A DNA stretch of 64,000 nt. Origin: Macrostomum lignano (taxonomy: Eukaryota). This document shows, piece by piece, positions 1 to 12,206 of this stretch. Under the pieces are notes generated by a model, which saw only the letters and a program-made list of their open reading frames with translations, had not been told where the DNA came from and ran no database searches. How positions within the stretch are numbered: position 1 is the first letter of the stretch; each line of letters opens with the position of its first letter. The stretch is taken from positions 1 to 64,000 of the forward strand of contig NIVC01001628.1 of NCBI GenBank assembly GCA_002269645.1, read 5' to 3'. Position numbers and translations under genes: made by a program.

Positions 1-16
1 GAAAACTCTGCTTTGT

Positions 17-480
17 GCACCTGTCTCAGAGTGGGCGAATTCCCTTTATGCACCTGTCTCAGAGTGGGGAATTCCCTTTATGCACCTGTCTCAGAGTGGG
101 GAATTCCTTTATGCACCTGTCTCAGAGTGGGGAATTCCCTTTATGCACCTGTCTCAGAGTGGGGAATTCCCTTTATGCACCTGTCTCAGAGTGGGGAATT
201 CCCTTTATGCACCTGTCTCAGAGTGGGGAATTCCCTTCGTGCACCTGTCTCAGAGTGGGGAATTCCCTTTATGCACCTGTCTCAGAGTGGGGAATTCCCT
301 TCGTGCACCTGTCTCAGAGTGGGGAAATCCTTTTGTGCACCTGTCTCAGAGTGGGGAATTCCCTTTATGCACCTGTCTCAGAGTGGGGAATTCCCTTTGA
401 GCACCTGTCTCAGAGTGGGGAATTCCTTTTGTAACCGGTCTCAGAGTGGGGAATTCCCTTTGTACACCTGTCTCAGAGTA
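17..480. repeat. 31-33-bp minisatellite (~15 copies) GCACCTGTCTCAGAGTGGGGAATTCCCTTTAT
   Basis: Directly visible; lies 3' of the nAChR stop. Confidence 0.97.
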
Positions 481-1455
481 GGGAAATTCCTTTGTGTACC
501 TTTTTCGCTATCCTGCAGTTCTTTCGAATCTCTGGCATGTTGTCTGCATTGTTCTGTTTCGACAAAAAGTGCGCAGTCAGACGAGCGAGCATCGAACTGG
601 AAATGCTCTCGCTGAGTCTGCATTTTGAAAAAGAAAGTTCCAAGACGAAAAACTCTTCAGCGAACTGATGCTGCCGGGCCGGTGGCGTTGCTGAAGTCGT
701 CCCTGGCCACCGGCTCCCGTGGGTGTAGGGGATGATGCGGTACACGGGCGCGATCACCAGGATGATGAGCGTGCTGGCGAAGGTGCACAGCAGGTACACC
801 CAGAACAGCAGCTTGTCGACGAACTGTGCCACGCGCGCGCACTCAGCAATCAGCCGGGCCTCCGTGTCGTCGGCTTCGTGCTTGTCGATGATCTTGCGGA
901 GAGCCTCAACGACTTCGGCGTTGGCGGCTGCCGCAGCTGCTGGCCGTCGAGGCGCCGAAGTGGACGGAGCCGCCGAGGCCGCTGGAGCCGTCGGCCGCAG
1001 CGGCTGGTAGGAGTTCAACGCCACGTGGTTGGAGCGGCCGGTCGCAGACGGCTTGTAGGCCGTGCCGATGCTGTTCTCGCCGGCGGCTGCTCCGCCACCA
1101 GCCGCCTGCTGCTCCTCGGCCTCGGCTCCGGCCTGCAGGTTCTGCGCGAGGCTGTCCATGGTCAGCTTCAGGCTGAGATTGCGCAGGAAGGCGGAGGTGC
1201 TGCCGAGATCCGCGAGACCGTGAGAGTTCGAGGCACCGCCGCCGCCTCCGCCGCTGGCAGCCGTGGCCGCCGCCGAGGCGATGCCGCCGATGCCGCTGAA
1301 GCCGCTCTTGCTGGCGGCTCCCGGACGCAGCAGCAGTCGCCGGAGGAGGTCGGGCAGAGGGCGGCGGCTCGGGCCGCGGTGGTGCAGGTTGAGCACGAAG
1401 ACCGTCATGATGACCGACACTGAGGTCATGGACATGACCACCGTCAGGTAGATGC
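473..1455 (-). CDS. CHRNA: nAChR alpha subunit, exon 8 (TM3, intracellular loop, TM4, long tail)
   Basis: IYLTVVMSMTSVSVIMTVFVLNLHHRGP...ECARVAQFVDKLLFWVYLL...; cgcag| acceptor; stop TGA 473-475 (3' end less certain than the rest). Confidence 0.9.
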
Positions 1456-1463
1456 CTGCGGGA

Positions 1464-2550
1464 GGGGCTGCTCGTGTCTAACAGGGGCTGATTGTGTCTA
1501 ACAGGAGCTGCTCGTGTCTAACAGGGGCTGATTGTGTCTAACACGAGCTGATCGTGTCTAACAGGAGCTGATCGTGTCTAACAGGAGCTGATCATGTCTA
1601 ACAGGAGCTGATCGTGTCTAACAGGAGCTGATCGTGTCTAACAGGAGTTGATAATGTCTAACAGGAGCTGATCGTGTCTAACAGGAGCTGATCGAGTCTA
1701 ACAGGGGCTGATCGTGTCTAACAGGAGCTGATCGTGTCTAACAGGAGCTGATCATGTCTAACAGGGGCTGATCGTGTCTAACAGGAGCTGATCATGTCTA
1801 ACAGGAGCTGATCATGTCTAACAGGAGCTGATCATGTCTAACAGGAGCTGATCATGTCTAACAGGAGCTGATCGTGTCTAACAGGAGCTGATCGTGTCTA
1901 ACAGGAGCTGATCGTGTCTAACAGGAGCTGATCGTGTCTAACAGGAGCTGATCATGTCTAACAGGAGCTGATCGTGTCTAACAGGAGCTGATCGTGTCTA
2001 ACAGTAGCTGATCATGTCTAACAGGAGCTGATAATGTCTAACAGGAGCTGATCGTGTCTAATAGGAGCTGATCGTGTCTAACAGGGGCTGATCGTGTCTA
2101 ACAGGGGCTGATCGTGTCTAACAGGGGCTGATCGTGTCTAACAGGGGCTGATCGTGTCTAACAGGAGCTGATCATGTCTAACAGGAGCTGATCGTGTCTA
2201 ACAGGAGCTGATCATGTCTAACAGGAGCTGATCATGTCTAACAGGAGCTGCTCGTGTCTAACAGGGGCTGATTGTGTCTAACACGAGCTGATCGTGTCTA
2301 ACAGGAGCTGATCATGTCTAACAGGAGTTGATCGTGTCTAACAGGAGCTGATCATGTCTAACAGGAGCTGATCATGTCTAACAGGAGCTGATCATGTCTA
2401 ACAGGAGCTGATCATGTCTAACAGGAGCTGATAATGTCTAACAGGAGCTGATAATGTCGAACAGGAGCTGATCGTGTCTAACAGGGGCTAATCGTGTCTA
2501 ACAGGAGCTGATCATGTCTAACAGGAGCTGATCGTGTCTAACAGGGGCTA
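1464..2550. repeat. 20-bp minisatellite ACAGGAGCTGATCGTGTCTA (~54 copies), nAChR intron 7
   Basis: Directly visible; abuts the exon 8 acceptor. Confidence 0.98.
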
Positions 2551-3256
2551 ATCTAACAAGGAATATCTAACAAGGAATGTCCACGTGTCTAGCAATTAAT
2601 GTCCATGTGCCACCAGGGAATGTCTTCCGGTCTATCAGGGATGTCCTCCGGTCTATCAGAGGATGTCCTCAGGTCTAACAGGAGATGTCCGCGTGTCACC
2701 AGGGGATGTAGACACTAGGGATTTCATCATCGAGGATCATGGGACAAAGGGCATTGCAACGGATGGAATCCTGCAATCTTCGTTTCCAAAAATCCCAACC
2801 CTGCGCTTGCCTGGCGCCACGGCTGTCCACCTCAGCTTCCCCGCTACCGGCCGCACCACATCAAAATGAACCGCTCGATCCCGGCCATTCGGTGGAATTG
2901 ATTGGGAATTCTGGGAGCTGCGATCCCCCCTCTGCCCGCACCATCGTCCCGAAAGGAAAATTTCTTATTTCTACCCAACCCGATTGAGCCCCCGGGTGAT
3001 GGAGCCGGGAGTCTGGGGCTGGAGATTGGGAGGCAAGGAGGCTGCGAAAGGTTAGAAATCTCCATTCTACCCAAAATTAATAATTATTTTTTGCATTGCT
3101 GAAATTGCATGAGGACTGCAGTTCAGAGGGAAAGTGCAAGAAATGTCGAACTCAGAGTACAGTGCTTGAGACATCTCAGTAAGCCTATCATTCACTACTC
3201 ATAATAGTTATCCTGGCACAGTGCAAATGTACAGATCATTAAAAAATCACATCAAA

Positions 3257-3567
3257 AAGTACATTCTCAGTCCATCCAGCACATTCCTCAATCATCAAGT
3301 ACATTCCTAACCCATCCAGCACATTCCTCAATCATCAAGTACATTCCTAACCCATCCAGCACATTCCTCAATCATCAAGTACATTCCTAACCCACCCAGC
3401 ACATTCCTCAATCATCAAGTACATTCCAAACATTCCCAGCACATTCCTCAATCATCAAGTACATTCCAAACATTCCCAGCACATTCCTCAATCATCAAGT
3501 ACATTCCAAACATTCCCAGCACATTCCTCAATCATCAAGTACATTCCAAACATTCCCAGCACATTCC
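3257..3567. repeat. 40-bp minisatellite (~7 copies), nAChR intron 7
   Basis: ACATTCCTCAATCATCAAGTACATTCCTAACCCATCCAGC units. Confidence 0.95.
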
Positions 3568-3613
3568 AATCGTAATTTCATATTTCCTATTGGGTCTCCA
3601 ATCCATCGCTCAC

Positions 3614-3810
3614 TGATGAGCGGCACGGACTCCGACGTCTCGGGCAGCCGGTCCGCAATGCTGAGCATCAGCACAGAGAAGGCCAGCAGCACAGTGATGC
3701 CCAGAGCGATCTTCTCGCCCGAGTCCGGGGGCAGGCAGAACACCAGCAGGGTCAGGGTGGACATCATGATGCACGGGTAGATCACGTGATACATGTAGTA
3801 CAGCAGGCGC
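3614..3810 (-). CDS. CHRNA: nAChR alpha subunit, exon 7 (TM1-TM2)
   Basis: RLLYYMYHVIYPC...LPPDSGEKIALGITVLLAFSVLMLSIADRLPETSESVPLI; GEK at the M2 -1' position indicates a cation channel. Confidence 0.97.
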
Positions 3811-3844
3811 CTGCGGAGTGCGGAGTTTGGGGAATAGCCAGAGG

Positions 3845-5320
3845 TAAATATCCCATTCCGAACTAAATATCCCATTCCGAACTAAATATCCCATTCCGAA
3901 CTAACTATCCCATTCCGAACTAAATATCCCATTCCGAACTAAATATCCCATTCCGAACTAACTATCCCATTCCGAACTAAATATCCCATTCCGAACTAAA
4001 TATCCCATTCCGAACTAACTATCCCATTCCGAACTAAATATCCCATTCCGAACTAACTATCCATTCCGAACTAAATATCCCATTCCGAACTAAATATCCC
4101 ATTCCGAACTAACTATCCCATTCCGAACTAAACATCCCATTCCGAACTAAATATCCCATTCCGAACTAAATATCCCATTCCGAACTAACTATCCCATTCC
4201 GAACTAAACATCCCATTCCGAACTAAATATCCCATTCCGAACTAAATATCCCATTCCGAACTAAATATCCCATTCCGAACTAAATATCCCATTCCGAACT
4301 AACTATCCCATTCCGAACTAAATATCCCATTCCGAACTACATATCCCATTCCGAACTAAACATCCCATTCCGAACTAAATATCCCATTCCGAACTAAATA
4401 TCCCATTCCGAACTAAATATCCCATTTCGAACTAACTATCCCATTCCGAACTAAATATCCCATTCCGAACTAAATATCCCATTCCGAACTAAATATCCCA
4501 TTCCGAACTACATATCCCATTCCGAACTAAATATCCCATTCCGAACTAAATATCCCATTCCGAACTAAATATCCCATTCCGAACTAAATATCCCATTCCG
4601 AACTAACTATCCCATTCCGAACTAAATATCCCATTCCGAACTAAATATCCCATTCCGAACTAAATATCCCATTCCGAACTAAATATCCCATTCCGAACTA
4701 AATATCCCATTCCGAACTAAATATCCCATTCCGAACTAAATATCCCATTCCGAACTAAACATCCAATTCCGAACTAACTATCCCATTCCGAACTAAACAT
4801 CCAATTCCGAACTAAACATCCAATTCCGAACTAAATATCCCATTCCGAACTAAATATCCCATTCCGAACTACATATCCCATTCCGAACTAAATATCCCAT
4901 TCCGAACTAAACATCCAATTCCGAACTAACTATCCCATTCCGAACTAAACATCCAATTCCGAACTAAACATCCAATTCCGAACTAAATATCCCATTCCGA
5001 ACTAAATATCCCATTCCGAACTACATATCCCATTCCGAACTACATATCCCATTCCGAGCTAACTATCCCATTCCGAACTAAATATCCCATTCCGAACTAA
5101 ACATCCAATTCCGAACTAAACATCCAATTCCGAACTAAATATCCCATTCCGAACTAAATATCCCATTCCGAACTAAATATCCCATTCCGAACTAAATATC
5201 CCATTCCGAACTAAATATCCCATTCCGAACTAAATATCCCATTCCGAACTAAACATCCAATTCCGAACTAAATACCCCATTCCGAACTAAATATCCCATT
5301 CCGAACTAAATATCCCATTC
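3845..5320. repeat. 19-bp minisatellite AAATATCCCATTCCGAACT (~77 copies), nAChR intron 6
   Basis: Directly visible. Confidence 0.98.
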
Positions 5321-5980
5321 TTTTCTGAAAATAAACTGTAGTTGGATTTGACCTTGAAGTGTAATTAGCTTAAATTTTAAATCAGCAAATCTAAAGATTT
5401 CGATTTTGGACTTAAAAGGGCCGTTTTAATTAGTATTGATTTTGAGTGGGAGAACTTACAGAGGCGGAACACAGACCGCTTCTGACATTATTTGACACAC
5501 CCAGATTCTAGAGAAAATGTACTTTCTAACCATGTAAATAAATTTAATTAGCCTTTGGTTGCTTTCAGTTCCCTAGAAATCCGAGTTGAGCACCTGCTGC
5601 TGGAGTAAATTTCTGCCTGGGGGGGGGGACCGGCGAGGCCGCTCTTCACTCTTGGCTGCCCGCCAATCGATGCGGAAAACTCGGAGCTCAGGCTGGCTGT
5701 CCGTCTCTCGGACTCTCCCGACTCGGCGACTCTTTCGCTTTCTGAGCAATCCAAATGTGCAGATGCTAAATACGGCAGTGCAGGCGGCTGCGGTCACTGA
5801 CTTGCCCTGCTGTGGTGATAGCTCATAGGGTGGCCCACTGGCCCCAGTGAGAAGCTGTAACTGTACCCGGTAAAGCATTGGCTCTAGCGTCTGTCTTAGT
5901 CTCTAGGTCTATTAGTGTCCATAGGTATTACTGTCTAGGGGGCATTATTACACCTTGGCAGGTGTAATACTGCCTAGGTG

Positions 5981-7127
5981 TATTAGTGTCTATGGGTATT
6001 AGTATCTATGGGTATTAGCGTCTATGGGTATTAGTTTCTATGGGTATTAGTGTCTATGGGTATTAGTGTCTATGGGTATTAGTGTCTTATGGGTATTAGT
6101 GTCTATGGGTATTAGTGTCTGTGGGTATTAGTGTCTATGGGTATTAGTGTCTATGGGTATTAGTGTCTATGGGTATTAGTGTCTATGGGTATTAGTGTCT
6201 ATGGGTATTAGTGTCTATGGGTATTAGTGTCTATGGGTATTAGTGTCTATGGGTATTAGTGTCTATGGGTATTAGTGTCTATGGGTATTAGTACTTTGTG
6301 CACCCACTGAATTCTAAGTAAGGGATACTTAGATAAGTATCTAAGGCTAGGGTATTAGTGGCTAGGGGGTGTCATAGAATCCGCCTTAAGCATCCGTCCA
6401 AGCGTCTGCCACAGAGTCGTAGATACTTATCTATGGGTATTAGTGTCTATGGGTATTGTTGCCTAGGTGTATTAGTGTCTATGGGTATTAGTGTCTATGG
6501 GTATTAGTGTCTATGGGTATTAGTGTCTATGGGTATTAGTGTCTATGGGTATTAGTGTCTATGGGTATTAGTATCTATGGGTATTAGTATCTATGGGTAT
6601 TAGTGTCTATGGGTATTGTTGCCTAGGTGTATTAGTGTCTATGGGTATTAGTGTCTATGGGTATTAGTGTCTATGGGTATTAGTGTCTATGGGTATTAGT
6701 GTCTATGGTATTAGTGTCTATGGGTATTAGTGTCTATGGGTATTAGTGTCTATGGGTATTAGTGTCTATGGGTATTAGTGTCTATGGGTATTAGTGTCTA
6801 TGGGTATTAGTGTCTATGGGTATTAGTGTCTATGGGTATTAGTGTCTATGGGTATTAGTGTCTATGGGTATTAGTGTCTAGGGTATTAGTGGCTAGGGTA
6901 TTAGTGTCTAGGGTATTAGTGGCTAGGGTATCAGTGTCTAGGGTATTAGTGGCTAGGATATTAGTGTCTATGGGTATCAGTGTCTAGGGTATTAGTGGCT
7001 AGGATATTAGTGTCTATGGGTATCAGTGTCTAGGGTATTAGTGGCTAGGGTATTAGTGGCTAGGGTATTAGTGGCTAGGGTATTAGTGTCTAGGGTATTA
7101 GTGGCTAGGGTATTAGTGGCTAGGGGG
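5981..7127. repeat. 16/15-bp minisatellite GTGTCTATGGGTATTA / GTGGCTAGGGTATTA, interrupted
   Basis: Directly visible; insertion at 6293-6432. Confidence 0.96.
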
Positions 7128-7358
7128 TGTCATAGAATCCGCCTTAAGCATCCGTCCAAGCGTCTGCCGCAGAGTCGTAGATGAACAGTGAAATCTCATA
7201 CGATGGTTTCTAGGAAAGCATGACTCAGAGTGGTTGTCAAAATATTCATAGCTCGGACAGGCAACTCAAGGTGAATTTTTAAAAGGAAAAACGTCTCAAC
7301 TGATTTTCTAAATGTGATGTTGCAAAAATTTTAAATATTTCGGCCGAGATCTCCGTAC

Positions 7359-7435
7359 CTGCGCAAGAATATGTAGAACGTGATGTCCGGGTACGGCTCC
7401 TGGCAGCAGGGGTAGCGGATCACATTGCGGATGGC
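7359..7435 (-). CDS. CHRNA: nAChR alpha subunit, exon 6 (loop C, vicinal cysteines)
   Basis: [25 protein letters not shown](R); the YxCC motif defines an alpha subunit. Confidence 0.97.
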
Positions 7436-7453
7436 CTGCGGGCATGAGGAGAT

Positions 7454-8637
<1,184 letters not shown>

Positions 8638-8718
8638 CTTAGTTCCGAGCAGCTCCCACTCGCCATTCGGAACGTAGGCTGTAGTGTCCACGTCGCCCTT
8701 TAAAAGGTGCAAATTCAC
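8638..8718 (-). CDS. CHRNA: nAChR alpha subunit, exon 5
   Basis: VNLHLLKGDVDTTAYVPNGEWELLGTK; ttcttcag| acceptor, AAG|GTTAGT donor. Confidence 0.95.
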
Positions 8719-8765
8719 CTGAAGAAATATTGTTGAATAAATTGTTGAGAGTTTCAAACAAAAAA

Positions 8766-9086
8766 ATCAATCAATCAATCAGTCAGTCAGTCAGTCAGTC
8801 AGTCAGTCAGTCAGTCAGTCAGTCAGTCAGTCAGTCAGTCAGTCAGTCAGTCAGTCAGTCAGTCAGTCAGTCAGTCAGTCAGTCAGTCAGTCAGTCAGTC
8901 AGTCAGTCAGTCAGTCAGTCAGTCAGTCAGTCAGTCAGTCAGTCAGTCAGTCAGTCAGTCAGTCAGTCAGTCAGTCAGTCAGTCAGTCAGTCAGTCAGTC
9001 AGTCAGTCAGTCAGTCAGTCAGTCAGTCAGTCAGTCAGTCAGTCAGTCAGGCAGTCAGTCAGTCAGTCAGTCAGTCAGGCAGTCAG
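8766..9086. repeat. (TCAA)n/(AGTC)n microsatellite, nAChR intron 4
   Basis: Directly visible. Confidence 0.99.
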
Positions 9087-9094
9087 CAACCCAC

Positions 9095-9275
9095 CTGAAA
9101 TCCGTCATAAGTCCAGGAGCCGAACTTGAGGTCGCACATCTGCTCGTCAAAGGGGAAGTAGGTGACGTCCACCTTGCAGGAGGAGCGCAGCTTAGTGGGG
9201 ATCGGCCAGAAGACGGTGCCGTTCGAGTCGATCATCGCCAGGGCGGGCATCAGGTTGTCGGTGAAGTCGGCAGCG
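9095..9275 (-). CDS. CHRNA: nAChR alpha subunit, exon 4 (Cys-loop, loop B)
   Basis: [10 protein letters not shown]...[31 protein letters not shown]-x13-C Cys-loop; canonical splice sites. Confidence 0.97.
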
Positions 9276-9309
9276 CTGGGCAGGGGAGCAGAGCGGCATG
9301 ACTCAAGCA

Positions 9310-9596
9310 ACGAAGATTCATTTATATCCTACAGCAACAAAGACTCACTTATGTCCTACAGCAACAAAGACTCACTTATACTCTACAGCAGCAAAGACTC
9401 ACTTATATCCTACAGCAACAAAGACTCACTTATATCCTACAGCAACAGGCTCACTTATGTCCTACAGCAACAAAGACTCACTTATATCCTACAACAACAA
9501 AGACTCACTTATATCCTACAACAACAAAGACTCACTTATACTCTACAGCAACAAAGACTCACTTATATTCTACAGCAACATAGACTCACTTATTGT
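9310..9596. repeat. 27-bp minisatellite containing splice-donor copies, nAChR intron 3
   Basis: AGACTCACTTATATCCTACAGCAACAA, ~10 units. Confidence 0.97.
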
Positions 9597-9699
9597 ACAG
9601 CACCAAATCGGGTTTCCAGATTTTGCCCGAGGGCAGCCGAATTTTCTTCTGATTGGAGAATTCGGCCGGATCCCAGGTGAGAAACTCGTCGCTCCATTG
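9590..9699 (-). CDS. CHRNA: nAChR alpha subunit, exon 3 (loop A)
   Basis: [36 protein letters not shown](N); cacag| acceptor, AA|GTGAGT donor; phases fit both neighbours. Confidence 0.95.
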
Positions 9700-9740
9700 C
9701 TGTGAAGGTACGATTAGGGGCGTGAGTGTCTAATTCTCTT

Positions 9741-10570
9741 TGACAGTCTACTTCTACCTGTGACAGTCTACTTCTACCTGTGACAGTCTACTTCTACCTG
9801 CGACAGTCTACTTCCACCTGTGATAGTCTACTTCTACCTGTGACAGTCTACTTCTACCTGTGACAGTCTACTTCTACCTGCGACAGTCTACTTCCACCTG
9901 TGACAGTCTACTTCCACCTGTGACAGTCTACTTCTACCTGTGACAGTCTACTTCCATCTGTGACAGTCTACTTCTACCTGTGACAGTCTACTTCTACCTG
10001 TGACAGTCTACTTCTACCTGCGACAGTCTACTTCCACCTGTGATAGTCTACTTCTACCTGTGACAGTCTACTTCTACCTGTGACAGTCTACTTCTACCTG
10101 TGACAGTCTACTTCTACCTGTGACAGTCTACTTCCACCTGTGACAGTCTACTTCTACCTGTGACAGTCTACTTCCATCTGTGACAGTCTACTTCTACCTG
10201 CGACAGTCTACTTCCACCTGTGATAGTCTACTTCTACCTGTGACAGTCTACTTCTACCTGTGACAGTCTACTTCTACCTGTGACAGTCTACTTCTACCTG
10301 TGACAGTCTACTTCCACCTGTGACAGTCTACTTCCACCTGTGACAGTCTACTTCCACCTGTGACAGTCTACTTCTACCTGTGACAGTCTACTTCTACCTG
10401 CGACAGTCTACTTCCACCTGTGACAGTCTACTTCCACCTGTGACAGTCTACTTCCACCTGTGACAGTCTACTTCCACCTGTGACAGTCTACTTCTACCTG
10501 TGACAGTCTACTTCCACCTGTGACAGTCTACTTCCACCTGTGACAGTCTACTTCCACCTGTTACAGTCTA
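9741..10570. repeat. 20-bp minisatellite TGACAGTCTACTT(C/T)ACCTG-type (~41 copies), nAChR intron 2
   Basis: Units TGACAGTCTACTTCTACCTG and TGACAGTCTACTTCCACCTG directly visible. Confidence 0.98.
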
Positions 10571-10588
10571 CCAGCAGTCCGAGCGCAC

Positions 10589-10830
10589 CTGATCCAGCCA
10601 GATGTTGGTGACCAACACCTGGTTCTTCTCGTCCATGTCGAAGATCTGGGTGAGGGTGATGCCCATCTGGGCGGTCACCGCTTCGCTCGAGTTGAAAACC
10701 GGCCTGACGGACAGCTCGTAGCCCTGCAGCAGGAAGTTCATCAGCCTCTGCTCGTCCGGCATCGCCTGCACCGCGTCAGAGCTGTCGTTGGCGTCGCCGC
10801 GGCGTCCGCGCCAGCAGTTGCAACAGCCGC
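10589..10830 (-). CDS. CHRNA: nAChR alpha subunit, exon 2 (ligand-binding domain N-part)
   Basis: ...MPDEQRLMNFLLQGYELSVRPVFNSS...QIFDMDEKNQVLVTNIWLDQ; acceptor ctgcag|, donor CAG|GTGCGC; 242 nt = 2+80 codons. Confidence 0.95.
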
Positions 10831-10842
10831 CTGCAGTCACTG

Positions 10843-11199
10843 GGTGGGGTGGACAGTGGGGTGGATAGTGGGGTGGATAGTGGGGTGGACAGTGGGGTGG
10901 ACAGTGGGGTGGACAGCTAGTGGGGTGGACAGTGGGGTGGACAGTGGGGTGGACAGTGGGTGGACAGTGGGGTGGACAGTGGGGTGGACATTGGGGTGGA
11001 CAGTGGGGTGGAAATTGGGGTGGACAGTGGGGTGGACAGTGGGGTGGACAGTGAGGTGGACAGTGGGGTGGACAGTGGGGTGGACAGTGGGGTGGACAGT
11101 GGGGTGGACAGTGGGGTGGACAGTGGGGTGGACAGTGGGGTGGACAGTGGGGTGGACAGTGGGGTGGACAGTGGGGTGGACAGTGGGGTGGACAGTGGG
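10843..11199. repeat. 12-bp G-rich minisatellite GGGGTGGACAGT (~29 copies)
   Basis: Directly visible; ends ~12 nt from the exon 2 acceptor. Confidence 0.98.
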
Positions 11200-12206
11200 T
11201 GCAGGTGCAGTCGAGCTGACAGAAAATATGGCTGCAATTCTCGTGAGCTCAAATGCATCTCACTTATTGCATCAACTCCTGCATGTAGGTAATTTACAAG
11301 AAATGTTCCAAATGTCAGCTCTTTCTTAGAAAGCATAAGTTATGAAAGAAATTCACAGAACTGCCGAATCCACAGCTCAAAGGCAGTCTGAGCGGTTCAG
11401 AGAACAACTTTTATTTTTCGCTAGGAAATTCTTTATAAATCACGAACTGCAGCCTGGGTCCAACGAGCCATTGAGATCAGATTTTGAGACATTCTCATTC
11501 TCATTATCAGTAGAACTTATTACTCATTTGAGGTGATCTCAACCGGTACAGTCAGTTAGAAGAAAGGTAGGAGAGACGGAAAGCCTTAGCAGTAAAAGCG
11601 TCTGACTCTTGCGCTACAACCCTGGGTTTCATAATCCATTCTGCTCATCCAAGCAGGCCTTGGTTTAAATATTCAAATCGCAATGCTCGTACAGAGATCA
11701 TCGCGCATTCCTCATCCAAGAGCCACTTGATGAAGATTCCTTGTCTCAGCTTCCCCTCCACCCGTGCCAAGCCATTCGTGCTGCACTTGTCACTGAGACG
11801 GCTTGAGTAGGAGCTTCTCAAGAGGAATCGGAGAACGTTATAGTTGTCCCTGCAACTGCTGGCACGGGATGGCTGCTGCTGGGATGACAATCCCGTTCTC
11901 TTCTCCCAGCTGTCTGTTATTGATTGCTTTGGCTGACAGATCAATGCCTTCAAATCAAGGAGGCGGAGAGGCACCGCCCTGGAGGCCTGGCTGACTGGGG
12001 AATGCCGGGATCTATCAGGCAATGCTTTTTAGCGACTAGGGGAGACAGAAATATAAAATATAAAAGTTTTTTGTTCAAGGACACTTGCTCACCAGCTCGA
12101 GTTGTAAGTGCGCTCAGCAACAGCTGCAGCAACTCGATCTTACTAACTCGAGTTTTATGGGGTGCAGAAGTAAAGCCGTGCAACTTAAATGGTTCAGCAA
12201 GGAACA

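Noticed and set aside
13-615. Long ORFs in several frames over the 32-bp array
   Set aside because: Pure products of stop-free repeat units; no protein features.
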